Below, piece after piece: positions 20,201 to 28,125 of a stretch of DNA of 64,000 bases. Every line of letters starts with the position of its first letter. Position 1 is the first letter of the stretch. The stretch lies in NCBI GenBank assembly GCA_965215335.1, contig CBDCDA010000001.1, positions 1,312,001 through 1,376,000 on the forward strand, given 5' to 3'. Both the position numbers and the translations under genes were made by a program. Under the pieces are notes generated by a model. The model saw only the letters and a program-made list of their open reading frames with translations, searched no databases and was not told where the DNA came from. This DNA is from an uncultured Candidatus Entotheonella sp. GTDB lineage: Bacteria > Tectomicrobia > Entotheonellia > Entotheonellales > Entotheonellaceae.

Positions 20201-20633
20201 AGACTTCCACCGATCCGCCGGTCCGCCAACCCGAAGCCGTGATCGCTTCTCCGACGACCTGCACGGCAGGAGCCCGGCGACCGATTACCGGCAGAATGCG
20301 CCAACCGTTCGTGCCGGAGAGAAGGGTCTCCCCAACTGCTGTCACCGTCGCCTTGTCCAGAACGGACGACGCAAGGAGCCGTAGGGCCTCGTCACCAGCC
20401 AACAGGGCACAAAGCGCCACCGCCAGACTCGACTTGCCGCTGCCATACGGCCCGGTCCAGGTAAAGGCGCCTTGACCGCTACCGACAATGTGTTGGGTCA
20501 TGGTTTTGAGGACCCAGGCGGAAGATTGCGGACAGATGAAACCCTCAAGAGCGGATGGGTCGGCCAAGTCCGTATCAATGCGGATGGCCCGCTGATAACG
20601 GCGGGCGATATGCACATGGTCGGCTAAGGCCAT
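17247..20633 (-). CDS. Large P-loop ATPase (SspC-like), 1128 aa
   Basis: Walker A GPYGSGKS, Walker B LLVFIDEMGK, EWAKIQGRF, FGQNQRSIFGFL; lies between DUF4007 and PAPS-reductase genes. Confidence 0.82.
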   Translation of the reverse strand: MALADHVHIARRYQRAIRIDTDLADPSALEGFICPQSSAWVLKTMTQHIVGSGQGAFTWTGPYGSGKSSLAVALCALLAGDEALRLLASSVLDKATVTAVGETLLSGTNGWRILPVIGRRAPAVQVVGEAITASGWRTGGSVEVWSERRVLELLQHMAEQDPQTTGGLLVFIDEMGKLLEAAAYDGSDIYFFQQLAEMASRSNKRLIVVGVLHQAFDEYAHRLSREARGEWAKIQGRFVDLALNVGSDEQIDLLGRAIESDRTTEKPSALAEHVAALARKPKSPRLAQMLEACWPLHPVVACLLGPTSRRRFGQNQRSIFGFLNSSEPGGLQDFLRHADDSELYTPDLLWDYLRLNLEPSIMASPDGHRWALTVDALGRCEAAGGDGLQVRLLKTIGLIDLLKGRSGLAASPGLLQGALIGQGPEEFKTALAALQRQSLIIFRKFSDSYSIFEGSDFDIDDAVQRAAADIDEADFAVLNALAGLQPIVAKRHYHKTGTLRWFDVSVVRLMDLEGTIASYTPGKGAVGAFFLAVASYGEAESVARETCCRVADKVNDCDIIIGLPQEAWDITGLAKELLALEKVREETPDLKRDPIAGKEVGSRIAVVQGHIQSGLNRAFDSAVWFRRGSAEKLARTGLNGLASDLADNRFRCAPRLHNELLNRAKPSGSAVAARNVLLRRMVLEEGKERLGIKGFPAEGGLFVSLLEATALYRQTAHGWTFVMPGSNGQDPCNLQPTWQAAAKYLRANADHTVSVTDLYDIWRQAPFGIKDGLLPLLAVAFVLSMRQDLAFYRQGVFQPRLSDLDVEYLSMDADAIRLRWMNLSDKIRRLLSDMAHIVRELDEENTLTDLEPIDVARGLVAIYDRLPSWVARTQRLSAHAKRVRQLFKRANDPNKLIFDDIPHALGNGVEGGGAEALRQIAEHMREGLTELRQAYPTMLHRLRETLLAELQVPNTSQPMLAELRVRAENIRQLAGDHRLEAFVVRLAQFYGSDDDMESLASMATNKPSRNWVDSDIDRAAIELAGMAQQFIRAEVFAHVKGRPDKRHAMAVVVGMGGRATPFHDEFDVTDPEREDADALIDRIDAVLKRSGEKRRNVILAALAELSARHLRSMSAAGSAKCGKKRDAS

Positions 20634-21595
20634 TCGGCAGGTTTCCTTCGGGAATGGGGGTCATAATCCGGTTCAATGAGGCCGACCGCTTGGTCATCAT
20701 GCAATGCACGGTTACGAAGAAGCTGCTTGAGCCCAGCCGTTTCCGACCACCTGTAGACGCCGCGACTGAAATGCTCCATGTTGACTAGCCGGTCGACCAT
20801 GTCGTTTTCGTGTAGTAGAAACACCCGACCCGGCGATCCGGGCTCATGGGCAAGCGCCTCGAAAGACAACACCTGTACATTGGGGTTATGGCGAGACCAG
20901 AAATCGTGCACCGCATAACTGAACACTCCCATGCCGAGAGACGGCTTATCTCCGCAAGCAAACTGGAAACCGTCGCGTTTGCCGACCTGCCGGATGAGCT
21001 CGAGCTCGGTGAGTGGGGACTCAAGGGTCTCTTCATCGTTCGTATGACCTTGCGCGCATGACGAAGCGTACGTACGGATGAAGCAGGCGACATCACTCTT
21101 GATCGTAGTAGGAGAAGCGCGATTCCACTGCCTGTCTTTGGCAAGCCTCAGAACAGCTTTGACCATGGTGCCGCGTTCGAAGAAGGCGTGAGGGAAATAA
21201 CTGAAGGCCCAGAACCACGTGGTTTTCGCCTCCCGCCCGCAGAGATGCCAATGGACGAGCCACGAGGTGGCCGGGTTTTCCATGTAGGGGTCGAGGCCGT
21301 CGTCGCTGAGCAACCGCTTGCCGAGAGAAGTGGTGGCAATGTGGCCCTTTTTTGTGTCGTCTTGAATGATGCCCGACGCGGCGGCCCAATTGCGCATGGA
21401 AGATACCATGTTTTTGCCGACGCCGAATCGCGCGATGGCATCCTCGCCGGTGAAGACCGTTCGGTTGTCCTCTTGCTTTTCGATTTTCCGAACAGCGTCG
21501 AATGCTTTCTTCAGCCACCCATAGCGTAGCGGAAAAGTCTCGTGACCCGAGAATTGAGGTCGGTAATCGGCTTGGAAAATTCGGCCGCGGAGCAT
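20624..21595 (-). CDS. DUF4007-family protein (SspB-like)
   Basis: FSGHETFPLRYGWLKK, FGVGKNMVSSMRNW, DPYME...WLVHW; start ATG 21595 with AGGAG RBS. Confidence 0.88.
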   Translation of the reverse strand: MLRGRIFQADYRPQFSGHETFPLRYGWLKKAFDAVRKIEKQEDNRTVFTGEDAIARFGVGKNMVSSMRNWAAASGIIQDDTKKGHIATTSLGKRLLSDDGLDPYMENPATSWLVHWHLCGREAKTTWFWAFSYFPHAFFERGTMVKAVLRLAKDRQWNRASPTTIKSDVACFIRTYASSCAQGHTNDEETLESPLTELELIRQVGKRDGFQFACGDKPSLGMGVFSYAVHDFWSRHNPNVQVLSFEALAHEPGSPGRVFLLHENDMVDRLVNMEHFSRGVYRWSETAGLKQLLRNRALHDDQAVGLIEPDYDPHSRRKPAEWP

Positions 21596-21627
21596 GTCTT
21601 GGTCTCCTGGAGGGTTCATCCAGTTGG

Positions 21628-21656
21628 ACAATACGAGAAGGGTCGGGTAATGTCAA
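21628..21656 (-). promoter_or_regulatory. sigma70 promoter driving the minus-strand defence operon
   Basis: Minus strand TTGACA-N17-TATTGT, 32 nt upstream of the DUF4007 ATG. Confidence 0.65.
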
Positions 21657-21734
21657 TTCGTGCCGGCCGCAACCGTTTTCACAGCACGTGACGGCTTGAC
21701 CCGCAGACGATAGCTTCCGCTTCCACAACAGGTT

Positions 21735-22925
21735 ATGTCTAATCACAGAACGATTTATGCTGATTATCAAGCGACCACGCCCGTTGACCCTCGTGTTCTG
21801 GAAGCAATGAAGCCCTACTGGCAGGAATCGTTTGGCAATCCCCATGCCAGCGATCACATCGTTGGCTGGCGCGCCGCTCAAGCGGTCGAGGGGGCAGCGG
21901 CGTCCGCCGCTGCCCTCCTTGGCGCCGACCCCGATGAGATCATCTTTACTTCCGGCGCCACCGAGGCCAACAACCTTGCCCTGCTAGGACTTGCTCGCCG
22001 CGCCCCGGATTTCCGGCGCCGCATCTTGGTCAGTGCCATTGAGCACAAGTGCGTGCTTGCAGCGGCGCGGGCTCTTCAGCAGCGAGAAGGGTTCGCGGTG
22101 GAGAGCATTCCCGTGGACCGCGAAGGCTGCGTGGACGTCGGCGCACTTGCCGATTTGTTGGACGACCGCACCTTGGCGGTCTCAATCATGGCCGCAAACA
22201 ACGAGATCGGCACTCTGCAAGACATTCCCGATATCGCCAACCTGCTGGCTCGCCACGGGGTCCTCTTCCATTGTGACGCCGCGCAGGCGTCCTGCGCCAT
22301 GGGACTGAGCGAATTTGCCACGCATGCCGACCTTGTCAGCCTGTCAGGCCACAAGATATACGGCCCGCAAGGCATAGGCGCCTTGTACGTCCGCCGCGGA
22401 CTACAAGAAGCCATTGAGCCCTTAATGCACGGTGGCGGTCAACAGGGCGGTCTGCGTTCAGGCACTGTACCAATGCCCTTGTGCGTCGGCATGGCAGCGG
22501 CAATCGACATCCTCCGACAGCCGGAAGGCACCGAAGAACGGGTGGCAGTGGCGAACCGACGCGACGCCTTTGTTCGCCTTGTTCAAGCAGGACGGTTTCA
22601 GGCAGCCCTTAATGGCCCTACTTTCGATAAACGTCATCCCGGCAATGCCAATCTGTGCTTCCGCGGCTTCACGGCGCAAGATATTCTTGGCGCTCTGCAA
22701 CCCCGCCTTGCCGCCTCGACAGGCGCTGCCTGCACCACAGGCATACCGGAACCGTCCCACGTGCTGCGCGCAATCGGTTTGAGCGCGGCACAAGCGGAAT
22801 CATCCATTCGATTCAGCTTCGGTCGTTTCACCACGGATGACGACATCACGGAAGCCGCCCGCCTCCTCGTGGACAGCCTCGAATCCCTTGCTTTCGCAGG
22901 TCTCGGAACAGAGGACAGCAGGTAG
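21735..22925 (+). CDS. Cysteine desulfurase (IscS/DndA/SspA-like), divergent from the defence operon
   Basis: YADYQATTP, GNPHAS, SGATEANN, SGHK (PLP Lys), STGAAC (catalytic Cys), SIRFSFGRFTT. Confidence 0.93.
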   Translation: MSNHRTIYADYQATTPVDPRVLEAMKPYWQESFGNPHASDHIVGWRAAQAVEGAAASAAALLGADPDEIIFTSGATEANNLALLGLARRAPDFRRRILVSAIEHKCVLAAARALQQREGFAVESIPVDREGCVDVGALADLLDDRTLAVSIMAANNEIGTLQDIPDIANLLARHGVLFHCDAAQASCAMGLSEFATHADLVSLSGHKIYGPQGIGALYVRRGLQEAIEPLMHGGGQQGGLRSGTVPMPLCVGMAAAIDILRQPEGTEERVAVANRRDAFVRLVQAGRFQAALNGPTFDKRHPGNANLCFRGFTAQDILGALQPRLAASTGAACTTGIPEPSHVLRAIGLSAAQAESSIRFSFGRFTTDDDITEAARLLVDSLESLAFAGLGTEDSR

Positions 22926-22928
22926 AAG
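22794..22928 (+). repeat. Direct repeat copy 2 (within and just past the desulfurase 3' end)
   Basis: 134/135 identity to 9867-10001. Confidence 0.95.
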
Positions 22929-22971
22929 CGGCTCCACCGCCTCCCTATATCGACCGGCAGCGCCCCACCCC

Positions 22972-24201
22972 TCAGATCACGCCCTCATCGCGCAGCACGG
23001 CGAGTTGGAAGTCGGACAGGCCGATCAGGCCACCGAGGATTTCCGGGTTGTGGGCGCCAACGTCGGGGCCGGGCCAGGTGGTGGCGCCGGGGGTGGCAGT
23101 GAGATGAGGAGCAAGGGCGGGGATGCGCAGGGGCTGGCCATCCACCTCGACCTGCTGGAACAGGCCGCGGGCGTGGAAATGGGGGTCCCGGAGCATATCG
23201 GCGACGGTGTAGATCGGGCCGCCGGGGACGGCAGCGTCGGCGAGTCGCGCCAGTACCTCGGCGGCGTCGAGACTGGCAGTCCAGGCGGCGATGGCGGCAT
23301 CGATTTCGCGTTCGTGCTCCACACGCCCGGCGTTTTCGGCGAAGCGCGGGTCCTCGGCCATGTCGGGCCGACCGGCGGCGCACATCAGCCGCCGGAAGAT
23401 GGAATTGCCGTTGCCGCCGATGACCACGTAAGCGCCGTCGCGGCAGGCGTAGGTATTGGTCGGCACGATGCCGGTCAGGGTCGAGCCGGAGGGTTGCCGA
23501 ACCAGCCCGGCGCCGTCGTATTCCGGTACCACGGCTTCCAGCATGTTGAAGACCGACTCGTAGATGGCCACGTCCACTACCTGCCCGGCGCCGCCCGCCG
23601 GCTTGCCGCGCTGCACGCAGGCCAGCAGGATACCGAGCACGGCGTGCAGCCCGGCCAGCGTGTCACCCAGGCTCAGATTGGGGCGCACCGGTGCCTCGCC
23701 CGGAAAGCCGTTCAGGTAGCGAAAGCCGCCGACCCCTTCGCACACCGAGGCATAGCCGGGCCGCGTGGCGTAAGGTCCGGTCTGACCGTATCCCGAGACG
23801 CGCGCGTAGATCAGCCCCGGATTCGTGGTCTTGATCGCCTCGGGTCCCAGGCCCCATTTCTCCATGGTGCCGGGGCGGAAATTCTCGATCAGCACGTCCA
23901 CCCGGTCCGCCAATTGCCGGGCGATGTCGCGCCCCTTGTCGGTCTGCAGATTCAGCGTGATGCTCTTCTTGTTGCGCCCCAGGCTGCGCCACCAGAACGA
24001 CGTGCCGTTGTCATCGAGCAGCCGCCAGCCACGAATCGGATCGCCCTTGCCCGGCGGCTCGACCTTGATCACCTCGGCGCCGAAGTACCCGAGGACGCAG
24101 CCGGCAAACGGCCCCGCCAAGAGCTGACCCAATTCGAGCACACGCACGCCGTCCAGCGGCCGCGCGGCCGCTGGATTCGGTTCGGAAGCAGGGGAGGGCA
24201 T
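22972..24201 (-). CDS. CaiB/BaiF (class III) CoA transferase
   Basis: PLDGVRVLELGQLLAGP, RNKKSITLNL, ENFRPG, SGYGQTGPY, GD. Confidence 0.93.
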   Translation of the reverse strand: MPSPASEPNPAAARPLDGVRVLELGQLLAGPFAGCVLGYFGAEVIKVEPPGKGDPIRGWRLLDDNGTSFWWRSLGRNKKSITLNLQTDKGRDIARQLADRVDVLIENFRPGTMEKWGLGPEAIKTTNPGLIYARVSGYGQTGPYATRPGYASVCEGVGGFRYLNGFPGEAPVRPNLSLGDTLAGLHAVLGILLACVQRGKPAGGAGQVVDVAIYESVFNMLEAVVPEYDGAGLVRQPSGSTLTGIVPTNTYACRDGAYVVIGGNGNSIFRRLMCAAGRPDMAEDPRFAENAGRVEHEREIDAAIAAWTASLDAAEVLARLADAAVPGGPIYTVADMLRDPHFHARGLFQQVEVDGQPLRIPALAPHLTATPGATTWPGPDVGAHNPEILGGLIGLSDFQLAVLRDEGVI

Positions 24202-24237
24202 CGGGCCTCCTAAATACGGGGCGTTGGGTGAGGGGAT

Positions 24238-24675
24238 TCAGTCCTGCACGTGGATGACGGTGACCTCGAAGACGACGTGCTGACCGGCCAAGGGATGGTT
24301 CAGGTCGACCGTCACTGTGGTGTCGTTGATGGCGTGAATGTGATAGGGAATAATGCTGCCGTCCGGCCCCGGAAATTCGCCCTCGAAGCCGAGGTGCCGG
24401 GCCGAGGCGGGAAATTGTTCCTTGGACAGTTCCTGGAATGCTGCGGGGTCGATGCACCCGAAAGCGTCGGCGGGCGCCAGCTCAAGCCGCACAGTGTCGC
24501 CGACGCCGAGACCTTCCACGCCCCTGTGCAGGCCGGGTGGCATGCGGGTGTGGCCGTGCACGTAAGTCCAGGTGCCGCTCTGCCGCGCCGAGTCGATCGG
24601 GGTGCCGTCGGCCAGGCACAGCGTGTAGTCGAGGCACACCGTCTTGCCGGCCCGCACCCGTTCGTCGCTGCTCAC
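24238..24675 (-). CDS. slyD: FKBP-type peptidyl-prolyl isomerase, SlyD-like
   Basis: LDYTL...DS, P.DAFG, VTVDLNHPLAG; GTG start overlapping the rhodanese stop. Confidence 0.8.
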   Translation of the reverse strand: MSSDERVRAGKTVCLDYTLCLADGTPIDSARQSGTWTYVHGHTRMPPGLHRGVEGLGVGDTVRLELAPADAFGCIDPAAFQELSKEQFPASARHLGFEGEFPGPDGSIIPYHIHAINDTTVTVDLNHPLAGQHVVFEVTVIHVQD

Positions 24676-25034
24676 GGCACCTCGGGCATCCCGGCTTCCC
24701 GCCAGTCGTTGAAGCCGCCGACCAGATAATGCACGTTCGTGTAACCCATCTGCTGCAAGGTCTGTCCTGCCAGGACAGCACGATTCTCGCCGCCTCAATG
24801 GGTCACGATGGGCGTGCTCTTGTCGGGAACGGTTTCCTCCACGCGGCCCTCGATGAATCCCCGCGCCAGCCACGTCGCCTGCGGAATGTGGCCATCGTCC
24901 CATTCGGCTCGCTCCCTGACGTCCAGCACCACGACGCGCTCACCCGCGTCCAGTCGGGCGCTGAGGTCGGTCTGGCCGAGGCCGGGCACGACGCGCCGGG
25001 CCGCCTCGATCATTTCTCGTCCTGTCATGGCCAT
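24672..25034 (-). CDS. Selenocysteine-containing single-domain rhodanese (UGA at 24795-24797 read as Sec)
   Basis: LDVRE..EW..GHIP.A...IVTH-TGA-GGENRAVLAGQTLQQMGYTNVHYLVGGFNDW. TGA sits at the catalytic Cys position; hairpin 16 nt downstream. Confidence 0.85.
24762..24778 (-). promoter_or_regulatory. Putative bacterial SECIS element (rhodanese)
   Basis: UGA-N16-CUGUCCU GGC AGGACAG. Confidence 0.75.
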
Positions 25035-25176
25035 GCTGATTTCTCCTTATAGCATAGCGGTTTGCGTTCGTGTATCTGGTTTTCGCCGGGCGGGTGAGGC
25101 AGACAATTCCTGCCTGCCCATAGCCACTGATTTTTGGACAATTGCCCACGCCGGTCAAGAACAAAGGCACACCGCC

Positions 25177-25926
25177 TCAGGCGAGGTTGCTGCCGCCGTC
25201 GAGCACCACCACCTGACCGGTGATCAGGTCAGCGCCGATCAGCCCCATGACCAGGTCGGCCACGTCTTCCGGCTGGCAGACGTCGTTGAGCACCGACTTC
25301 TCGGTGGCGCGCTGTTTGATGGTCTCGTACTCGTCGCGGTCCTGCCACCAGCGCGTGTCGATGAAGCCCGGGGCGATGGAATTGATGCGAATGGCTGGGC
25401 CCAAGGCACGCGCCAGGGCGACCGTCATGGTGTTCAGCCCGGCCTTGGAGGCCAGATAGGGAACCGAGCTCCCCACGCCGTAAACCCCGGCCACGCTGGA
25501 GATGTTGACCACCACGCCACCGTCGCGCCCCAGGTGGGGCCGCGCCGCCCGGATGACGTAGAAGGGGCCTTTCAGATTGACACCCAGAATCTTGTCCCAA
25601 TCCTCGTCCTGCACCGCCTCCATGTCGCCGTGCGGAATGAATGACGTGGTCCCGGCATTGTTGACCAGGATGTTCAAGCCGCCGAGGGTATCCGCCACCT
25701 GCCGCACCATACGGCGCACAGAAGCGTCATCGCCCACGTCGCCCTTGACCGCCATGGCCCGCACGCCCGTTTCCCGCAGCGCCTCCGCGGTGGCGAGCGC
25801 CTGTCCCTCCGAGCGCGAGTAATTCACCGCCACGTGGCAACCCTCCCGCGCCAAGGCCAACGCGATTGCCCGCCCCGTGCCAACGCCGCCCCCGGTGACG
25901 AGGGCGATTTTGTCTCTTGCCTGCAT
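25177..25926 (-). CDS. Short-chain dehydrogenase/reductase
   Basis: TGGGVGTG, NNAG, YLASK. Confidence 0.92.
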   Translation of the reverse strand: MQARDKIALVTGGGVGTGRAIALALAREGCHVAVNYSRSEGQALATAEALRETGVRAMAVKGDVGDDASVRRMVRQVADTLGGLNILVNNAGTTSFIPHGDMEAVQDEDWDKILGVNLKGPFYVIRAARPHLGRDGGVVVNISSVAGVYGVGSSVPYLASKAGLNTMTVALARALGPAIRINSIAPGFIDTRWWQDRDEYETIKQRATEKSVLNDVCQPEDVADLVMGLIGADLITGQVVVLDGGSNLA

Positions 25927-26067
25927 GCTGTCCTCCTGTGTGAATTCCTGCGCAAGTCGATCACGGCTGTCATTCCGGCAAGGCGTTCGGTCTCAAGCGG
26001 TGGAGGTCTTGGGGGTGGGGCTGGTCAGGTGGGATGCGGCGGCTCATGGGACCGCCGCGGTCAGGGA

Positions 26068-26595
26068 TCAGGAATTGTCTTTCAGGTACAGGATGATCTT
26101 GCGGCGAATTTCGGAATCGGACTGCTTGTAATACATGCGGACGCCAGGCACCCACGCCTGGGTGCTGGTCAGCCAGACGTCGAGGGTACTGGAATTCCAT
26201 ACCATGCCCCGCAGAACGCTCAGAAAGGCTGCGGAATAGTTGTAGCTCTCGACGGTGCCGGCCGGACGGCCGTACACGCCCGTCAAGTTGGGGCCGAAAG
26301 GCGGCGCGATGGCCATGCGCTCGCCAGCCAGACCGGCGGTCACGACGCCGGCGGGCGCATCCGCCATGGGCTCGGGATGCAGGTCCATGGCTAGCCGCAC
26401 GACGTGTAGCGGCAGCGGGGCCGGTGCGCGCTCGGCAGTCTTCTCGGCCTGCACGCCCACGAGACCATGGCAGACACCGCAGTGTTTGTCAAACAGTGTC
26501 TCTCCCTCTACGAGTTCAGCGGCCAGATCCTCGGCGAGCACCGCCGGGGCCATGACCAGTAGTGTAACGAGGACGAATCCCAAGATGCGAGACAT
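26068..26595 (-). CDS. Periplasmic class I (c2-like) cytochrome c with a long insertion
   Basis: Signal peptide, CGVCH, GPNLTGVYGRPAG, YNYS, W....L..WL, PG..M. Confidence 0.85.
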   Translation of the reverse strand: MSRILGFVLVTLLVMAPAVLAEDLAAELVEGETLFDKHCGVCHGLVGVQAEKTAERAPAPLPLHVVRLAMDLHPEPMADAPAGVVTAGLAGERMAIAPPFGPNLTGVYGRPAGTVESYNYSAAFLSVLRGMVWNSSTLDVWLTSTQAWVPGVRMYYKQSDSEIRRKIILYLKDNS

Positions 26596-26722
26596 ACGTC
26601 GACCTCCCTTGCCTGAACCTCAATTCGCTGTGCACGTCGGGTTCTGAAATCGCCGAAAGTGTAGCACCGCAGAAAGCCCATGCAAAGCCAAAAGTAGCGG
26701 CTCGCGCCAAGATGGCGCGGCG

Positions 26723-26750
26723 TTGAGAAGACAGACGATTGTGGTATAAC
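26723..26750 (+). promoter_or_regulatory. Putative promoter of the RND operon
   Basis: TTGAGA-N16-TATAAC with TG extension. Confidence 0.45.
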
Positions 26751-26816
26751 AGGGCCGCCGGGCTGGCTTGGCGGCGGCCTGGACCGCATTCCGTCACATG
26801 AAAGGGGGGATTGGAC

Positions 26817-28103
26817 ATGGCCAAGTCGGCCGCGGTCGGCATGATTGCGTCGCTTGTCGCTGTGCTGTGCATTGCCGGCGCCAGTGCGCAGGCGCGGCAG
26901 TTGACGCTGGCCGAGGCGATCAGCCTAGCGATGGCCCACAACCCCGCCCTGGCGGTGGAACGGCATGGCATGGACATTGCCGGCGGCGAGGTCACCAAGG
27001 CACAGATTTACCCACACAATCCTGAACTCGATGTCGCCCCCGCCCTCGGGGGCGACCGCCATCCGCCGGATCCCGAACTGAGATTTGCCTACGACGTCCA
27101 AGTCGGCGTGTCGCAGGTCGTGGAACTCAAGGGGCAAGGGGCCATTCGGCGGCGGCGGGCGAAGGCGCTGGCCGCTCAGGCGTCGTGGCAGGCGCGAGAC
27201 GCCGAGCGCGGCGTGCGGGTGCAGGTGCTGCGCGCCTTCGGCGCCGTTCTGCTGGCGCAGCAGCGCGTGCGGCTGGGAGGCGAGATTGTCGACTTGAGCC
27301 GCGAGTTGCTGCGGGTGGCCAGGGAACTGTACGAGGCGGGTCATGTGCCGCGCCTGGACGCTCGGCGCGCCGAGGTGGAGGAACGCCTGGCGGTCAACGA
27401 ACAGACCGCCGCGCAGCGTGCGTTGACGGCCCTGAAACACGACCTCGCTCTGCTCATGGGGCAGCCGTCCGACCTGTCGTTCGAGGCATTCGGCCCGTTG
27501 GCCTACGACACCCTGGCCACCGTCGAGCGCGCCCTGGTCGAGAACGCCCTGAGCGTGCGCCCGGACGTCAGAGCCGTCGAAGCCGGCTTGCAGGTAACCG
27601 AGGCCGAGGCCGCCCTGGTGCAGGCGGAGCAGACGTTCCCAGCGGTCAATCTGTCAGCCTACTACGAGTTCGGCCGCGAAGCCGAGGCGCGGCAGCACCG
27701 CGCCGTGTTCGGCCTGTCGGTGCCGCTGCCGGTGTTCAACCGCCGCGAAGGCGACCTGGAGATCGCCATGGCGCGGCGTTCCCGGCAAGCGGCAAGCTTC
27801 GATCTGGTCAAGGCCACCATCAGCGCGCAGGTCGCCCGGGCGCTGGCACGCTTTCGCTCCTCGCGCCGCATCGTGGAGCAGTTCACCCAGCACGTCCTGC
27901 CGCAGCAGCAGGAGAATTTCGAGATGCTGCGCGAGGGTTACCAGCTCGGTCAGTTCACGCTTACCGAGGTGCTGGTGATTCAACGCGAGTTCATCCAGGG
28001 CCGCTCGCGCTACCTCGACGTCATCGCTGATTTCAACGCCGCGCTCGTCGATCTGGAAGCCGCCAGCGGCGGCGGCGTCATCGACATCAACCGCAAGCCC
28101 TGA
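26817..28103 (+). CDS. TolC/CzcC-like outer membrane efflux protein
   Basis: Signal peptide, LTL.EAI..A..HNP, RPDVRA, LSVPLPVFNR. Confidence 0.9.
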   Translation: MAKSAAVGMIASLVAVLCIAGASAQARQLTLAEAISLAMAHNPALAVERHGMDIAGGEVTKAQIYPHNPELDVAPALGGDRHPPDPELRFAYDVQVGVSQVVELKGQGAIRRRRAKALAAQASWQARDAERGVRVQVLRAFGAVLLAQQRVRLGGEIVDLSRELLRVARELYEAGHVPRLDARRAEVEERLAVNEQTAAQRALTALKHDLALLMGQPSDLSFEAFGPLAYDTLATVERALVENALSVRPDVRAVEAGLQVTEAEAALVQAEQTFPAVNLSAYYEFGREAEARQHRAVFGLSVPLPVFNRREGDLEIAMARRSRQAASFDLVKATISAQVARALARFRSSRRIVEQFTQHVLPQQQENFEMLREGYQLGQFTLTEVLVIQREFIQGRSRYLDVIADFNAALVDLEAASGGGVIDINRKP

Positions 28104-28125
28104 CGCGAACAAGGCGAGGGTACAC

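Larger units (their letters stand above)
9867..22928. mobile_element. Defence island bounded by 135-bp direct repeats; no integrase or transposase inside
   Basis: Direct repeats at both ends; visibly lower GC than the flanks (by eye); contains only DNA-modification and nuclease genes. Confidence 0.75.

Noticed and set aside
10020..22925. BREX type 4 or classical DndABCDE system
   Set aside because: DUF4007, ATPase and PAPS-reductase are shared with BREX-4, but no PglZ or BrxL was recognised. No SMC-like DndD or DndE is present either.
24238..24903. 221-aa SlyD with N-terminal extension
   Set aside because: The extension overlaps the rhodanese frame. The GTG at 24675 coupled to the rhodanese stop fits FKBP length.
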